Shown here: positions 7,873-15,913 of the stretch, in pieces
Layout: the number at the start of each line of letters is the position of its first letter
Numbering within the stretch: the stretch's first letter is position 1
DNA from: Minisyncoccota bacterium
GTDB taxonomy: Bacteria; Patescibacteriota; Minisyncoccia; Phycocordibacterales; JAQTLZ01
Direction: 5' to 3'
DNA: 64,000 nucleotides
Assembly (NCBI GenBank): GCA_028714635.1
Contig: JAQTLZ010000002.1
Span: 121,841 to 185,840 of the forward strand
Position numbers and translations under genes: made by a program
The notes under the pieces: generated by a model
Seen by the model: only the letters and a program-made list of their open reading frames with translations
Database searches by the model: none
What the model was told of the DNA's origin: nothing

Positions 7873-8958
7873 GTGAAGAATAAAAGTGTCACACACCCTT
7901 CGGAAAGGGTGGTTTTGAAGCGTGTCGCTTCTGTTGTGCTTCATGTTTACGCTCTCATCATGCTTATTGCGGTGGGGCTTAGCATGCAAGCAGTGCTTTC
8001 CGCTGTTTCAGCGTATCTTTTCATAAGATGCGTTATCGTCATCGTCCAGTTCGAGCGTGAAATAAGAAGAACTGACGAGGGCAAGGAGCGCAAGCATTTG
8101 AAAAAAGGAGACCGGGCAAAGCTCGCTCCCATTAACTGGGTGCGCAGTATCGGTTTCTTTAGCGTACACGTCGTCGGAATTGCAGGGCCTTTTGTGGTTG
8201 GCTGGAGTTGGTGGGCGACAGGCCTTGCGGTCTTTCTCTACTACCTCCGGATGTTTTTCATCACCGGTTTTTACCATCGGTATTTTAGCCACAAAAGTTT
8301 CAAGTCATCTCGTCGATTCGTTTGTATTATGGCGCTCTGCGGGGCAAGCGCTCTTCAGAGGTCCGCCACTTGGTGGGCAGCGGTGCATCGATGGCATCAT
8401 GCTCATTCGGATCAAGATGAGTCAGACAGGCACTCTCCAGTCGTTTGGAATATATTTGAGACGCATTTCGGCTGGCTCAACAGAAAGGGCGCAAAAATAT
8501 TCAAGCCTCTTTCTGATGAGTTCATGCAGGACCCAGTCTTTGTGAAAAGTCAGAAGTATCCATGGGTGTATCTCCCGGCCGTCATTATGGCCCTGGGGTG
8601 TTACATCTTGGGCGTGGTCCTTTCACACTGGTTCTATGATGTGAGCGGTGGGCAATTGCTTATCGCGTTCTTCACAAGCACGACAGCTCTCTATCACGGC
8701 ACAGCCTTTGTGAACTCTATCACGCACATGATGGGCGAACGGTCTCATGATACGAAGGACAACAGCGGAGATGTGTGGTGGCTCGTACTCTTCGTTCTCG
8801 GAGAGTGGAAGCATAATAAGCATCATCACGATCCGAGTGCCGCAAAAGAGAGTGAATGCGATCCGACCTATTGGGGGCTCCTTGTCCTCGAAAGGCTGGG
8901 GCTCATTTGGGATTTGATCCCGGAAAAGGAGGAAAGAGATAAGTTAAGGGCTGCTTGA
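7873..8958 (+). CDS. membrane fatty-acid (acyl-CoA/acyl-lipid delta-9 type) desaturase, high-GC cassette
   Basis: Three His boxes: HRYFSH, HRWHHAHSD and HNKHHH. GTG at 7873 is preceded by AGGAGGGG (7863-7870). The track start at 7840 is less likely. Confidence 0.8.
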   Translation: MKNKSVTHPSERVVLKRVASVVLHVYALIMLIAVGLSMQAVLSAVSAYLFIRCVIVIVQFEREIRRTDEGKERKHLKKGDRAKLAPINWVRSIGFFSVHVVGIAGPFVVGWSWWATGLAVFLYYLRMFFITGFYHRYFSHKSFKSSRRFVCIMALCGASALQRSATWWAAVHRWHHAHSDQDESDRHSPVVWNIFETHFGWLNRKGAKIFKPLSDEFMQDPVFVKSQKYPWVYLPAVIMALGCYILGVVLSHWFYDVSGGQLLIAFFTSTTALYHGTAFVNSITHMMGERSHDTKDNSGDVWWLVLFVLGEWKHNKHHHDPSAAKESECDPTYWGLLVLERLGLIWDLIPEKEERDKLRAA

Positions 8959-8975
8959 AAAAGCGCCCTTTTTTC
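8946..8975 (+). terminator. rho-independent terminator overlapping the desaturase stop
   Basis: AAGGGCTGC..GCGCCCTT stem followed by TTTTTT (8969-8974). Confidence 0.6.
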
Positions 8976-8996
8976 ATTCTCTTTATGATATTCTAA

Positions 8997-9632
8997 ATGC
9001 ATATTTTCATTACTATGCCGGAGAAGAAAAAGAAAAAATCGAAACATATCCACGTCAAAGATGTCTATTTTGCGGATATGGGCGGGAAGATGAAAAAGGG
9101 ATTTGGACGCTCTCTCGTTAGGAAAATTTTTCATCGGCCTGTTTTTAAGCGCGAAATTCATCACAAGACTTTCTCGGCAGATTTTAGCGCTACAAAACTT
9201 CGTTGGTACTCCAATCTTTTGAATATGTTCTACTTGAAGCTCGATGGTACCGCTTCCTGTTTTTTTACCGATGAAGGAACGCTCGTGATTATTTTCATGG
9301 TTTGGGGAGATCCCGATGCGGAAGAATTTTTCGAAATGCCGGAGATGAAAGGTGAATTTGTGGAGGATAGGGAAGCGACCCAGAAGAAAAAGAAAAAGAG
9401 TTTGAAGGTGGATAAGGATTCAGTGAAGGAGGAAGTGAAAGATGACGGGTATCACCTTCAATATGAAGAGACGTATAAAGATCACGGAAAAGAAGTGAGA
9501 ATGTTTGAGCATGTGATTTATTCCGGAATTGATAAGCTGGTTTTCCGGGCGATTGTCCCACCGAAAGTTTTGCCGGAGACTCTTGATGATATTTTGGCGA
9601 TTGCAAAGTCGCTTAGAATAAAGGTAACTTAA
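8997..9632 (+). CDS. hypothetical Lys-rich protein
   Basis: 211 aa with no recognisable motif. TATGAT at 8984-8989 lies 7 nt before the ATG (leaderless layout). Confidence 0.6.
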   Translation: MHIFITMPEKKKKKSKHIHVKDVYFADMGGKMKKGFGRSLVRKIFHRPVFKREIHHKTFSADFSATKLRWYSNLLNMFYLKLDGTASCFFTDEGTLVIIFMVWGDPDAEEFFEMPEMKGEFVEDREATQKKKKKSLKVDKDSVKEEVKDDGYHLQYEETYKDHGKEVRMFEHVIYSGIDKLVFRAIVPPKVLPETLDDILAIAKSLRIKVT

Positions 9633-9646
9633 TAAAAGACAGAGAA

Positions 9647-9689
9647 GCCCTGCCCGACGAAGTCGGGCAGGGCTGTTGCGTTTTTTTTT
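9647..9689 (+). terminator. rho-independent terminator
   Basis: Perfect 12-bp stem GCCCTGCCCGAC/GTCGGGCAGGGC with a GAA loop, then a T-run at 9681-9689. Confidence 0.8.
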
Positions 9690-9770
9690 CGTAACGAGTA
9701 GGGTAAAGAGCGGAAGGTAACGGCGAAAACCTTTAATTTCGCTACTGTTTTTTGTGGGAGGGCTAGTAAT

Positions 9771-10526
9771 ATGTCGCCTGTGAATAGTGATAGGGCATAC
9801 GTGCCAATTTACTTGGCACTGGACAAGAAGGACTGGGAGCAAGCATCTCCGCTCCTTCGCACGCTCGGCAATCGCATTGATGGAGTCAAGATCCATCGCA
9901 TCTGGGATGAGCTTGGCGCGAAATCTGTTTCGATGATTCGCGACCTTGGTGTCCCTGATGCCTGGGTTGATCTCAAGCTTTTTGATACGCCGGACACCGC
10001 GGCCGAACGCGCCGAACAGGTCAAGAAAGCTGGCGCCAAAATTTTGACCGTACACGCCAAGGGCGAAGTCGAAATGATGATGGCTGCGGTCAAGAACGGT
10101 CCGGAACTGGTTCTCGCCATCACGGAACTTACTTCGCTTACGGCGGAGCAGGTGGAAGTGGGCGGTGGCCTCACGCCTAAATCGGCCGTGCTTCATTGGG
10201 CGCGTGTTGCCAAGCTGGGGACTGTTGGTGGAGTCGTTACTTCCGCACTGGAAGTGGGCATGCTCTCGAAACGACCGGAACTCAAGGGTTTCGTTCTGGC
10301 TGTCCCGGGCACGCGCTCTGCGGGCGTGGACGTCAACGACCAGAAGCGTTCGGATACGCCTTACAACGCGGTGCTTGCGGGCGCAGGACTTATCGTCGCT
10401 GGTCGGCAGGTGACTGCCGCGGAAGACCCCGTTACCGCTATCGAAGCGCTTCGGGAAGAAGTCAACAAGGCGAGTGATGAGCGGCTTCGTCTCTTGCAGG
10501 AGATGGGAAAGAAGAAAGTCGCGTAA
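9771..10526 (+). CDS. pyrF: orotidine 5'-phosphate decarboxylase
   Basis: 251 aa. LALD, VDLKLFDTPDT (DxKxxD), ITELTS, VPGTR..NDQKR..TP and VAGRQVTAAEDP align with type-1 PyrF. GGGAGGG Shine-Dalgarno site lies 8 nt upstream. About 67% GC in a spot count. Confidence 0.85.
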   Translation: MSPVNSDRAYVPIYLALDKKDWEQASPLLRTLGNRIDGVKIHRIWDELGAKSVSMIRDLGVPDAWVDLKLFDTPDTAAERAEQVKKAGAKILTVHAKGEVEMMMAAVKNGPELVLAITELTSLTAEQVEVGGGLTPKSAVLHWARVAKLGTVGGVVTSALEVGMLSKRPELKGFVLAVPGTRSAGVDVNDQKRSDTPYNAVLAGAGLIVAGRQVTAAEDPVTAIEALREEVNKASDERLRLLQEMGKKKVA

Positions 10527-10539
10527 CAACCCGGCTCAC

Positions 10540-10570
10540 CCCGCCCATCGGCATTGTGCCGACGGGCGGG
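10540..10570 (+). promoter_or_regulatory. GC-rich intercistronic stem-loop between pyrF and the PRTase gene
   Basis: 14-position stem CCCGCCCATCGGCA/TGCCGACGGGCGGG (one mismatch) with a TTG loop and no U-tract. The track start at 10556 lies inside it. Confidence 0.55.
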
Positions 10571-10606
10571 AAAGCCGAAGACAGAAGACAAAGAAAGGAG
10601 AGTACC

Positions 10607-11431
10607 TTGCATAAGGACCAAATAAGTCAGACGGCGACGTCTCTGATCCATTTCGATCGAGACACGCCTGTGCTGGAAATCCTCCGTCTCTGTGGTGGAG
10701 TCTACCTCTGCCCTAAGGATGCGGCGGGGAAACGTGTCGGCCCGCTCGTTGGGTACGCTGGAAAAAGCCCGCGCCTGAAGACTAATCTCGTGGGGGATAT
10801 CTACGCGAATTTCTCCACGGCCGAGCGCTACTGGCACGTCATGGCTGAGTTCGCGCGGCGTCTCGTCGAGAACCCGAGATTCCAGGAGATTCTTCCGAGA
10901 CTGGACGGTCTCTGTGGGATGCCCATGGGCGGGATTACATATTCGTCGCACCTTGCGCGAGCATGTGATCGTACGGGGATCTTTCTGGAAAAGCTGGTCA
11001 CCGCGGTGGCGAACCCGATCGAGGGGACGAAGGAAGAGTCCATTCTGGTGGCCGGTCGCTGCGAGATTATCCTTGGAGCCAACTACGCGATCGTCGAGGA
11101 CGTTACCAATAACTTTTCCACCACGCTGAAAGCGATCGGTCTGATCGAAAAAGCTGGCGGAAAGGTCATTGCCATCTGCAGTATCCTGAACCGTTCACCG
11201 AAGCATACGTCTGACTTTCCGCTTCCGGACGGTCGGGAAATTCCGGTCATCTCGGCTTACCAAGAGCCGTTCCCGGAATTTGAGACGGATGACGAGGCCG
11301 TTGCGGCGGACATTGCCGCTGGAAACGTGATCTGGAAGCCAAAGGAAAATTGGCCCAAGCTCATGACCGCGATGGATGCTGCGCGTGAGACGGCGCTAGC
11401 GAATCAGTCGGACAAGCCGTCCGGTTCGTAA
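10607..11431 (+). CDS. type I phosphoribosyltransferase (orotate-PRTase-like)
   Basis: PRPP-binding loop YAIVEDVTNNFST. TTG at 10607 lies 6 nt after AAAGGAGAG. Substrate is not determinable by eye. Confidence 0.6.
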   Translation: MHKDQISQTATSLIHFDRDTPVLEILRLCGGVYLCPKDAAGKRVGPLVGYAGKSPRLKTNLVGDIYANFSTAERYWHVMAEFARRLVENPRFQEILPRLDGLCGMPMGGITYSSHLARACDRTGIFLEKLVTAVANPIEGTKEESILVAGRCEIILGANYAIVEDVTNNFSTTLKAIGLIEKAGGKVIAICSILNRSPKHTSDFPLPDGREIPVISAYQEPFPEFETDDEAVAADIAAGNVIWKPKENWPKLMTAMDAARETALANQSDKPSGS

Positions 11432-11459
11432 GTTGTATTCGAATCAATTGTTTCTTAGT

Positions 11460-11493
11460 GCAGAGTCGCTCGCCCGGACTCTGCGCTTTTTTA
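11460..11493 (+). terminator. rho-independent terminator
   Basis: GCAGAGTC(11460-11467)/GACTCTGC(11477-11484), then GCTTTTTTA. Confidence 0.75.
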
Positions 11494-11522
11494 TTTGTCT
11501 GAATTTTGTTACAGTTGCCAGC

Positions 11523-12434
11523 ATGAAATCAGAACTCATGAGTTTCCACACGAAAGACAAGCTTGAATTGCCGGGGCTTTTATATGAACCAGCACGAAAG
11601 AGTAATAAAGTAGCCATATTTCTTCATGGAAACGGCAATGGATCTGTTTTTAATAATCCTGTTTTGCAAAATACTATTGGTGACGCGCTGACGAAAAAGG
11701 GTATTGCTTATTTCCCATTCAACAATCGCGGGTCTGGGTATATCAGGAGTTTCAAAAAAATGGTGGACGGAAAGAAAGTCCGCCGGAATCTTGGCATGGC
11801 ATTTGAGCTTATTAAGGATTGTGTGATTGATATAGATGCCGCGCTTGCGGCCCTGCGCAAGCGCGGCTACTCCGAATTCTACTTACTCGGTGTTTCGACG
11901 GGAGCGAACAAAATCTGCGTCTACAACTACTACAAACCGAAAAATATTTTCTCAAAATTTATTTTACTCGCTCCAGGCGACGATGTCGGCGGGTATCTCG
12001 ATATGTGGGGTCCGCAGAAATTCGGCGCAATGCTTAAGATGTCGAAAGATAAGATCAAAGCAGGGAAGGGCGACGAGCTTGTTCCGCAAAATCTTTCCAG
12101 CTACAACTTTATTTCATTTAAATCTCTGTATGACATGATCAATCCCGATGGGAACTACAATGTTTTTCCGTATTTTGAAGTTTTGCATAATCTCGACCTA
12201 ACGAAAAAGAAAAAAATTTGGCGAGAATACCGGAGTCTCAAAAAACCAACCCTTGTTCTTATGCCAGGAAGGGACGAGTATTGTTATGGAAAGATAAAAG
12301 AAGTAGTGAAAATGCTCAAAGGAAATGGCAGCGCCACGAATTTCAATTTCAAAATTCTTCCCGGCTCATTGCACGGATTCTGGAAAAAAGAAAAAGAATT
12401 GGCAAAAATTCTCGCAGATTGGATTTTTGGGTAA
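11523..12434 (+). CDS. alpha/beta hydrolase
   Basis: FLHGNGNG oxyanion region and GVSTG nucleophile elbow (GxSxG). ATG at 11523 chosen because the track start at 11433 runs through the preceding terminator. Confidence 0.7.
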   Translation: MKSELMSFHTKDKLELPGLLYEPARKSNKVAIFLHGNGNGSVFNNPVLQNTIGDALTKKGIAYFPFNNRGSGYIRSFKKMVDGKKVRRNLGMAFELIKDCVIDIDAALAALRKRGYSEFYLLGVSTGANKICVYNYYKPKNIFSKFILLAPGDDVGGYLDMWGPQKFGAMLKMSKDKIKAGKGDELVPQNLSSYNFISFKSLYDMINPDGNYNVFPYFEVLHNLDLTKKKKIWREYRSLKKPTLVLMPGRDEYCYGKIKEVVKMLKGNGSATNFNFKILPGSLHGFWKKEKELAKILADWIFG

Positions 12435-12437
12435 AAA

Positions 12438-12482
12438 TAAAGCGCGCATAAACATCTGGGAACGTAAGGTGCGCGCTTTTTC
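12438..12482. terminator. bidirectional terminator hairpin
   Basis: AAAGCGCGCA(12438-12447)/TGCGCGCTTT(12470-12479) with A-run and T-run flanks, between convergent genes. Confidence 0.55.
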
Positions 12483-12613
12483 GGAGTTGTGGCCGCGGGG
12501 GCCTCTCGTCCGGTCATAATACGACTGCAAGCTGATCGAGTGGGACTCGATGGGTCTTGCATTTCTATAAAGTACGAAGTCGCGGCGCTCGTAGCTGGGC
12601 TGCTGTGGGTCAT

Positions 12614-13201
12614 TCAGGCCAGAACGACTTGACCGCGGCGGGCCGTCTCGATTGAGATCGGCTCGCACCTTTGCGTCGGCGCGTCTTCAGGCAACCTCGC
12701 ACAGGTGTCTTCCGGGGGCATCGGGATCGTCTCCACCTTGTAATTCTGGTGGAAGACCACCGATTTAGGCTGAATGATCGTGTCGTCGTCGATGGTGATT
12801 GTCGTCTTCGTGGCCGTGACCGACAACTTCGCATTTACGATCGAGATGAGGACCCAATGGAACTCTGCACCCTGTGGCATGAGAGCGATCCCTCGCTTCA
12901 TGATGGCGTCCAGTTCGGCGTGGAAGCTGGACTTTGCCACGATGAAGACCGGTGGCAACTCCTTCGGCTGAACGGCATTGGACGGCTGATGCGGGTTCCA
13001 GTGTGCGATTTCAACCTGGCACATCCTCGCTTCAGCGGGGACCGTTTCTCCGGCTGCGACCCGAATAGGATCCAGGGTGATGCTTCCCCCTGCACCGACG
13101 CCGATGTGGCGCTCTCCGAGCTTCTTTTGCAGCACTACTGCTTGCTGCGATACGGCTAACGATCGTTCCCGCATAACTGCCTGCCTTTCTCCCCATGTCA
13201 A
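12614..13201 (-). CDS. hypothetical protein (orphan, high-GC cassette); start may be the ATG at 13174
   Basis: 195-aa ORF with protein-like composition. The opposite-strand ORF 12671..13159 is Arg-rich and off-frame-like. Upstream on the minus strand are hairpin CCCCGT-CGAT-ACGGGG and GGGGAGAAAGG. Confidence 0.5.
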   Translation of the reverse strand: MTWGERQAVMRERSLAVSQQAVVLQKKLGERHIGVGAGGSITLDPIRVAAGETVPAEARMCQVEIAHWNPHQPSNAVQPKELPPVFIVAKSSFHAELDAIMKRGIALMPQGAEFHWVLISIVNAKLSVTATKTTITIDDDTIIQPKSVVFHQNYKVETIPMPPEDTCARLPEDAPTQRCEPISIETARRGQVVLA

Positions 13202-13301
13202 GCATGAGGTACTGTAATCTCCCCGTATCGACGGGGCAAACTTCTCTCATAATTCTATCTTTTTATCTCGCCTCACGCTATAGTAGGGGAAATAAATTTT
13301 T

Positions 13302-13889
13302 ATGCACACGCTTCTTGTTTTTGTTCTCCAGTGGAGTTACCTCGGTATTTTTGTCGTTGTCTTTGCCGAATCAGGATTTCTTCTGGGATTTTTTCTTCCT
13401 GGTGACTCACTTCTTTTTACCGCAGGACTTCTCGCTTCGCAGGGAATTTTTAATATTTGGATTCTCGTTCCTCTGATTGTCATCGGCGCAATTCTCGGAG
13501 ACAGTTTCGGTTATTACATGGGCAACAAATTAGGCCCGAAAATTTTCGTGCGGAAAGATTCATTTTTTTTCAAACAAGAGAATGTTGAAAAGACAAATCA
13601 TTTTTATGAAAAATATGGAGTGAAGACGATCATTCTCGCGCGATTCGTGCCGATTGTTCGCACTTTCGCTCCCATCTTTGCTGGTGTGGGTGGAATGAAA
13701 TACGCGACATTTCTTTCTTATAACGTGATTGGAGGATTTCTTTGGGGTGCTGGAGTGACTCTTGCCGGCTTTTTTCTCGGGCGAGCCTTCCCAGGAATTG
13801 AGCACTATCTCACTTATATTATTATCGCGATTATCCTCCTCTCTTTTGTTCCAATTCTCTTAGAGTATTTCAAGAAGCGAACAGCTTGA
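13302..13889 (+). CDS. DedA/SNARE-associated family membrane protein
   Basis: 195 aa. VFAESGFLLGFFLPGDSLLFTAG signature and multiple TM helices. Confidence 0.85.
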   Translation: MHTLLVFVLQWSYLGIFVVVFAESGFLLGFFLPGDSLLFTAGLLASQGIFNIWILVPLIVIGAILGDSFGYYMGNKLGPKIFVRKDSFFFKQENVEKTNHFYEKYGVKTIILARFVPIVRTFAPIFAGVGGMKYATFLSYNVIGGFLWGAGVTLAGFFLGRAFPGIEHYLTYIIIAIILLSFVPILLEYFKKRTA

Positions 13890-13950
13890 AAAGTTTTATA
13901 AAAGTTGTATAATAATCTCTTCAAAGAGTCCTTTCAGGAGGGTTGAAGAC

Positions 13951-14166
13951 ATGCCAGTAGACAAAGCGAAGTTGGAAAGAGAGATTCTCGCGGCTCTCCT
14001 CTTCAATCGTTGCATGATGACTGAGGGAGCGCTTCGCCAGAAACTTGGCACCTCTATTCCGTTGCCCGACCTTCTTGAGGTCAAACAAGACCTCATCGAG
14101 CGCGGTCTCATTGAAGAAGATCTGGGTGGGAGAAGTCCTACACTCATCCTTCTCGATGGGAAATAG
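13951..14166 (+). CDS. small winged-helix-like hypothetical protein
   Basis: 71 aa. AGGAGGG (13936-13942) lies 8 nt before the ATG. GC is elevated relative to neighbours. Confidence 0.5.
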   Translation: MPVDKAKLEREILAALLFNRCMMTEGALRQKLGTSIPLPDLLEVKQDLIERGLIEEDLGGRSPTLILLDGK

Positions 14167-14235
14167 TTTCCTCGCCATTCCAGGAGCCTCACCGCTTCTG
14201 GATTTTTGTTTTTAGCGTTATACTGGTATAAATTT

Positions 14236-14937
14236 ATGACCACTTTCGGCCTCATCCTTCTTTGTTTTTTTCTTTTTGTCGGCTACATTTCTATTTATCG
14301 AAGAAAAGATCTGTTTACTCCTACGCAGGATCGTATATTTTTCACGCATCTCGTTATCATCGTCTTATTTATTGCAGTGAGTATTGTGAATGCCTTTCAT
14401 CTCGTCGATTCGGTGAATGTGGGAGTCCACGATTTTCTGCAAACGTTTTGGAATTCGAGCTTTGATACGCCGATGATAATGGCTAGTTTCCTCGCCAGTC
14501 CTGAAACGCTTGCGATCCTTTCCTGCCTTCTCCTTATCGTCCTTCACTTTAGGCACGAGCGTACACTTTTCTTTTTCACTTTCATTTCGCTAGTAGGTGC
14601 CTTGGTTTCTAATCTCATTTTGAAAGATCTTTTCAAATTGGTTCGCCCTGCAGTTTCTCTCATTCCTGAAACTTTTTGGAGTTTTCCAAGCGGACATTCG
14701 ACGATGATCGTCGTGTTTCTTTCTTGTTTGTATTACTGCTGGACTCGGATGTATCCGAATGTGGGGAAATGGAAAAAGCAGGCCGCGCTCTTTGCCGTTT
14801 TTCTCCTTTCTCTCCTCGTTGGCTTCAGCAGGCTTTATCTCGGTGTTCATTGGCTCTCTGACGTCGTCGCCGGCTTTCTTCTCGGGCTTTTCTGGGTGAC
14901 TTTTGCATATTTGAGTCCTAGGCCAAAGTCTGTATAA
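14236..14937 (+). CDS. PAP2-family lipid phosphatase (undecaprenyl-diphosphatase/PA phosphatase-like)
   Basis: KLVRP, SFPSGHS and SRLYLGVHWLSDV motifs. ATG at 14236 is in frame with the track ORF starting at 14206. Confidence 0.8.
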   Translation: MTTFGLILLCFFLFVGYISIYRRKDLFTPTQDRIFFTHLVIIVLFIAVSIVNAFHLVDSVNVGVHDFLQTFWNSSFDTPMIMASFLASPETLAILSCLLLIVLHFRHERTLFFFTFISLVGALVSNLILKDLFKLVRPAVSLIPETFWSFPSGHSTMIVVFLSCLYYCWTRMYPNVGKWKKQAALFAVFLLSLLVGFSRLYLGVHWLSDVVAGFLLGLFWVTFAYLSPRPKSV

Positions 14938-14946
14938 TCTGGCTCA

Positions 14947-15813
14947 ATGATCCTTCTCGACGGAAAAAAAGTAAGTAAAGACAGGGCTCTTGAGCTGAAA
15001 GCGCAAGTTTCGGCTTTTAGAGTTGCTCCAACACTTGCCATTCTTCAAGTGGGGGATGATGAACGTTCGAGCGCCTATATCCGCCAGAAGAAACTTTTTG
15101 GAGAGAAAATTGGGTGCAAAGTGTTGCATGTTACATTTGAAAGCACTGTCTCGCATTCTGACATTATTGAAAAGGTAAGGGAATTGAATGCTGATATATC
15201 TGTCCATGGAATTATTTTGCAGTTGCCAATTCCTACTAATCTCGATTCGCGCTCTATTATTGAGGCGATTGATCCGAAGAAAGATGTAGACGGACTCCAC
15301 TCTGAAAACGCGAAAAAACTTACGGATGGAGATGTAAGCGGATTTATTCCTGCAACAGCCAAAGGGGTGATATCACTTCTTGATGCGTATAAAATTCCAA
15401 TTGCGGGAAAGAAGGCAACGGTAGTGGGACGCTCGGCTCTCGTGGGTACTCCGACAGCACTTTGTCTTACAAATCGCGGCGCGAATGTGACAGTGGTACA
15501 TCGCGCAACTGTGAATATTCCCGCAAAAACAAAACAAGCTGACATCCTTGTGGTTGCGGCAGGACATGCAAAGCTTATCGACGCTCGTCACGTTTCGGCA
15601 GGTCAGAGCGTTATTGATGTAGGAATCAATTTGGTGACGGGAGAAAAACTTGAGGATGAAATTCCCAAGAAAAAGTTGGTGGGTGATGTGGATTTTGATG
15701 AGGTGAAAGATATCGTTGGGGCTATTTCTCCGGTACCGGGAGGAGTGGGGCCGATGACTGTTCTTTCTTTGTTTGAAAATCTTATCCTCGCCTACGAAAG
15801 GGCTATTAATTAG
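14947..15813 (+). CDS. folD: bifunctional methylenetetrahydrofolate dehydrogenase/cyclohydrolase
   Basis: 288 aa with full-length FolD-like sequence (YIRQKKK-type N-terminus, GIILQLPIP, PVPGGVGPMT). TATAAT at 14933-14938 lies 8 nt before the ATG. Confidence 0.9.
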   Translation: MILLDGKKVSKDRALELKAQVSAFRVAPTLAILQVGDDERSSAYIRQKKLFGEKIGCKVLHVTFESTVSHSDIIEKVRELNADISVHGIILQLPIPTNLDSRSIIEAIDPKKDVDGLHSENAKKLTDGDVSGFIPATAKGVISLLDAYKIPIAGKKATVVGRSALVGTPTALCLTNRGANVTVVHRATVNIPAKTKQADILVVAAGHAKLIDARHVSAGQSVIDVGINLVTGEKLEDEIPKKKLVGDVDFDEVKDIVGAISPVPGGVGPMTVLSLFENLILAYERAIN

Positions 15814-15816
15814 TCG

Positions 15817-15825
15817 TGGTATAAT
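15817..15825 (+). promoter_or_regulatory. extended -10 promoter (TGGTATAAT)
   Basis: Perfect TGnTATAAT, 88 nt upstream of the ATG at 15914. Confidence 0.55.
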
Positions 15826-15852
15826 AGGAGAAAATATATTAGTAGTTAATTC

Positions 15853-15905
15853 ACCCTGTTAAATATCGCACTTCGCGCGATCCCGTAGACGGGATTTAAC
15901 AGGGT
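15853..15905 (+). ncRNA. compact three-way-junction RNA in the 5' UTR of the SIMPL gene (candidate cis-regulator)
   Basis: P1 ACCCTGTTAAAT/ATTTAACAGGGT (12 bp). P2 ATCGC-ACTTCGC-GCGAT. P3 CCCG-TAGA-CGGG. No unpaired junction nucleotides. Ends 8 nt before the start codon. Confidence 0.45.
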
Positions 15906-15913
15906 AAAAAAAT

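Noticed and set aside
9420-10529. A 369-aa minus-strand ORF (the longest ORF in this region), together with several 60-200-aa ORFs overlapping pyrF and the PRTase gene in other frames.
   Set aside because: It is antisense to a clearly recognisable PyrF. The product is Arg/Ser/His-rich low-complexity sequence, typical of spurious ORFs that stay open in GC-rich DNA. It has no start context.
12284-12613. A 109-aa minus-strand ORF starting at the TGAATG junction after the 12614 gene.
   Set aside because: It runs through the shared terminator hairpin and then antisense through the 3' end of the alpha/beta-hydrolase gene. At most it is a decayed remnant, so it is not called as a gene.
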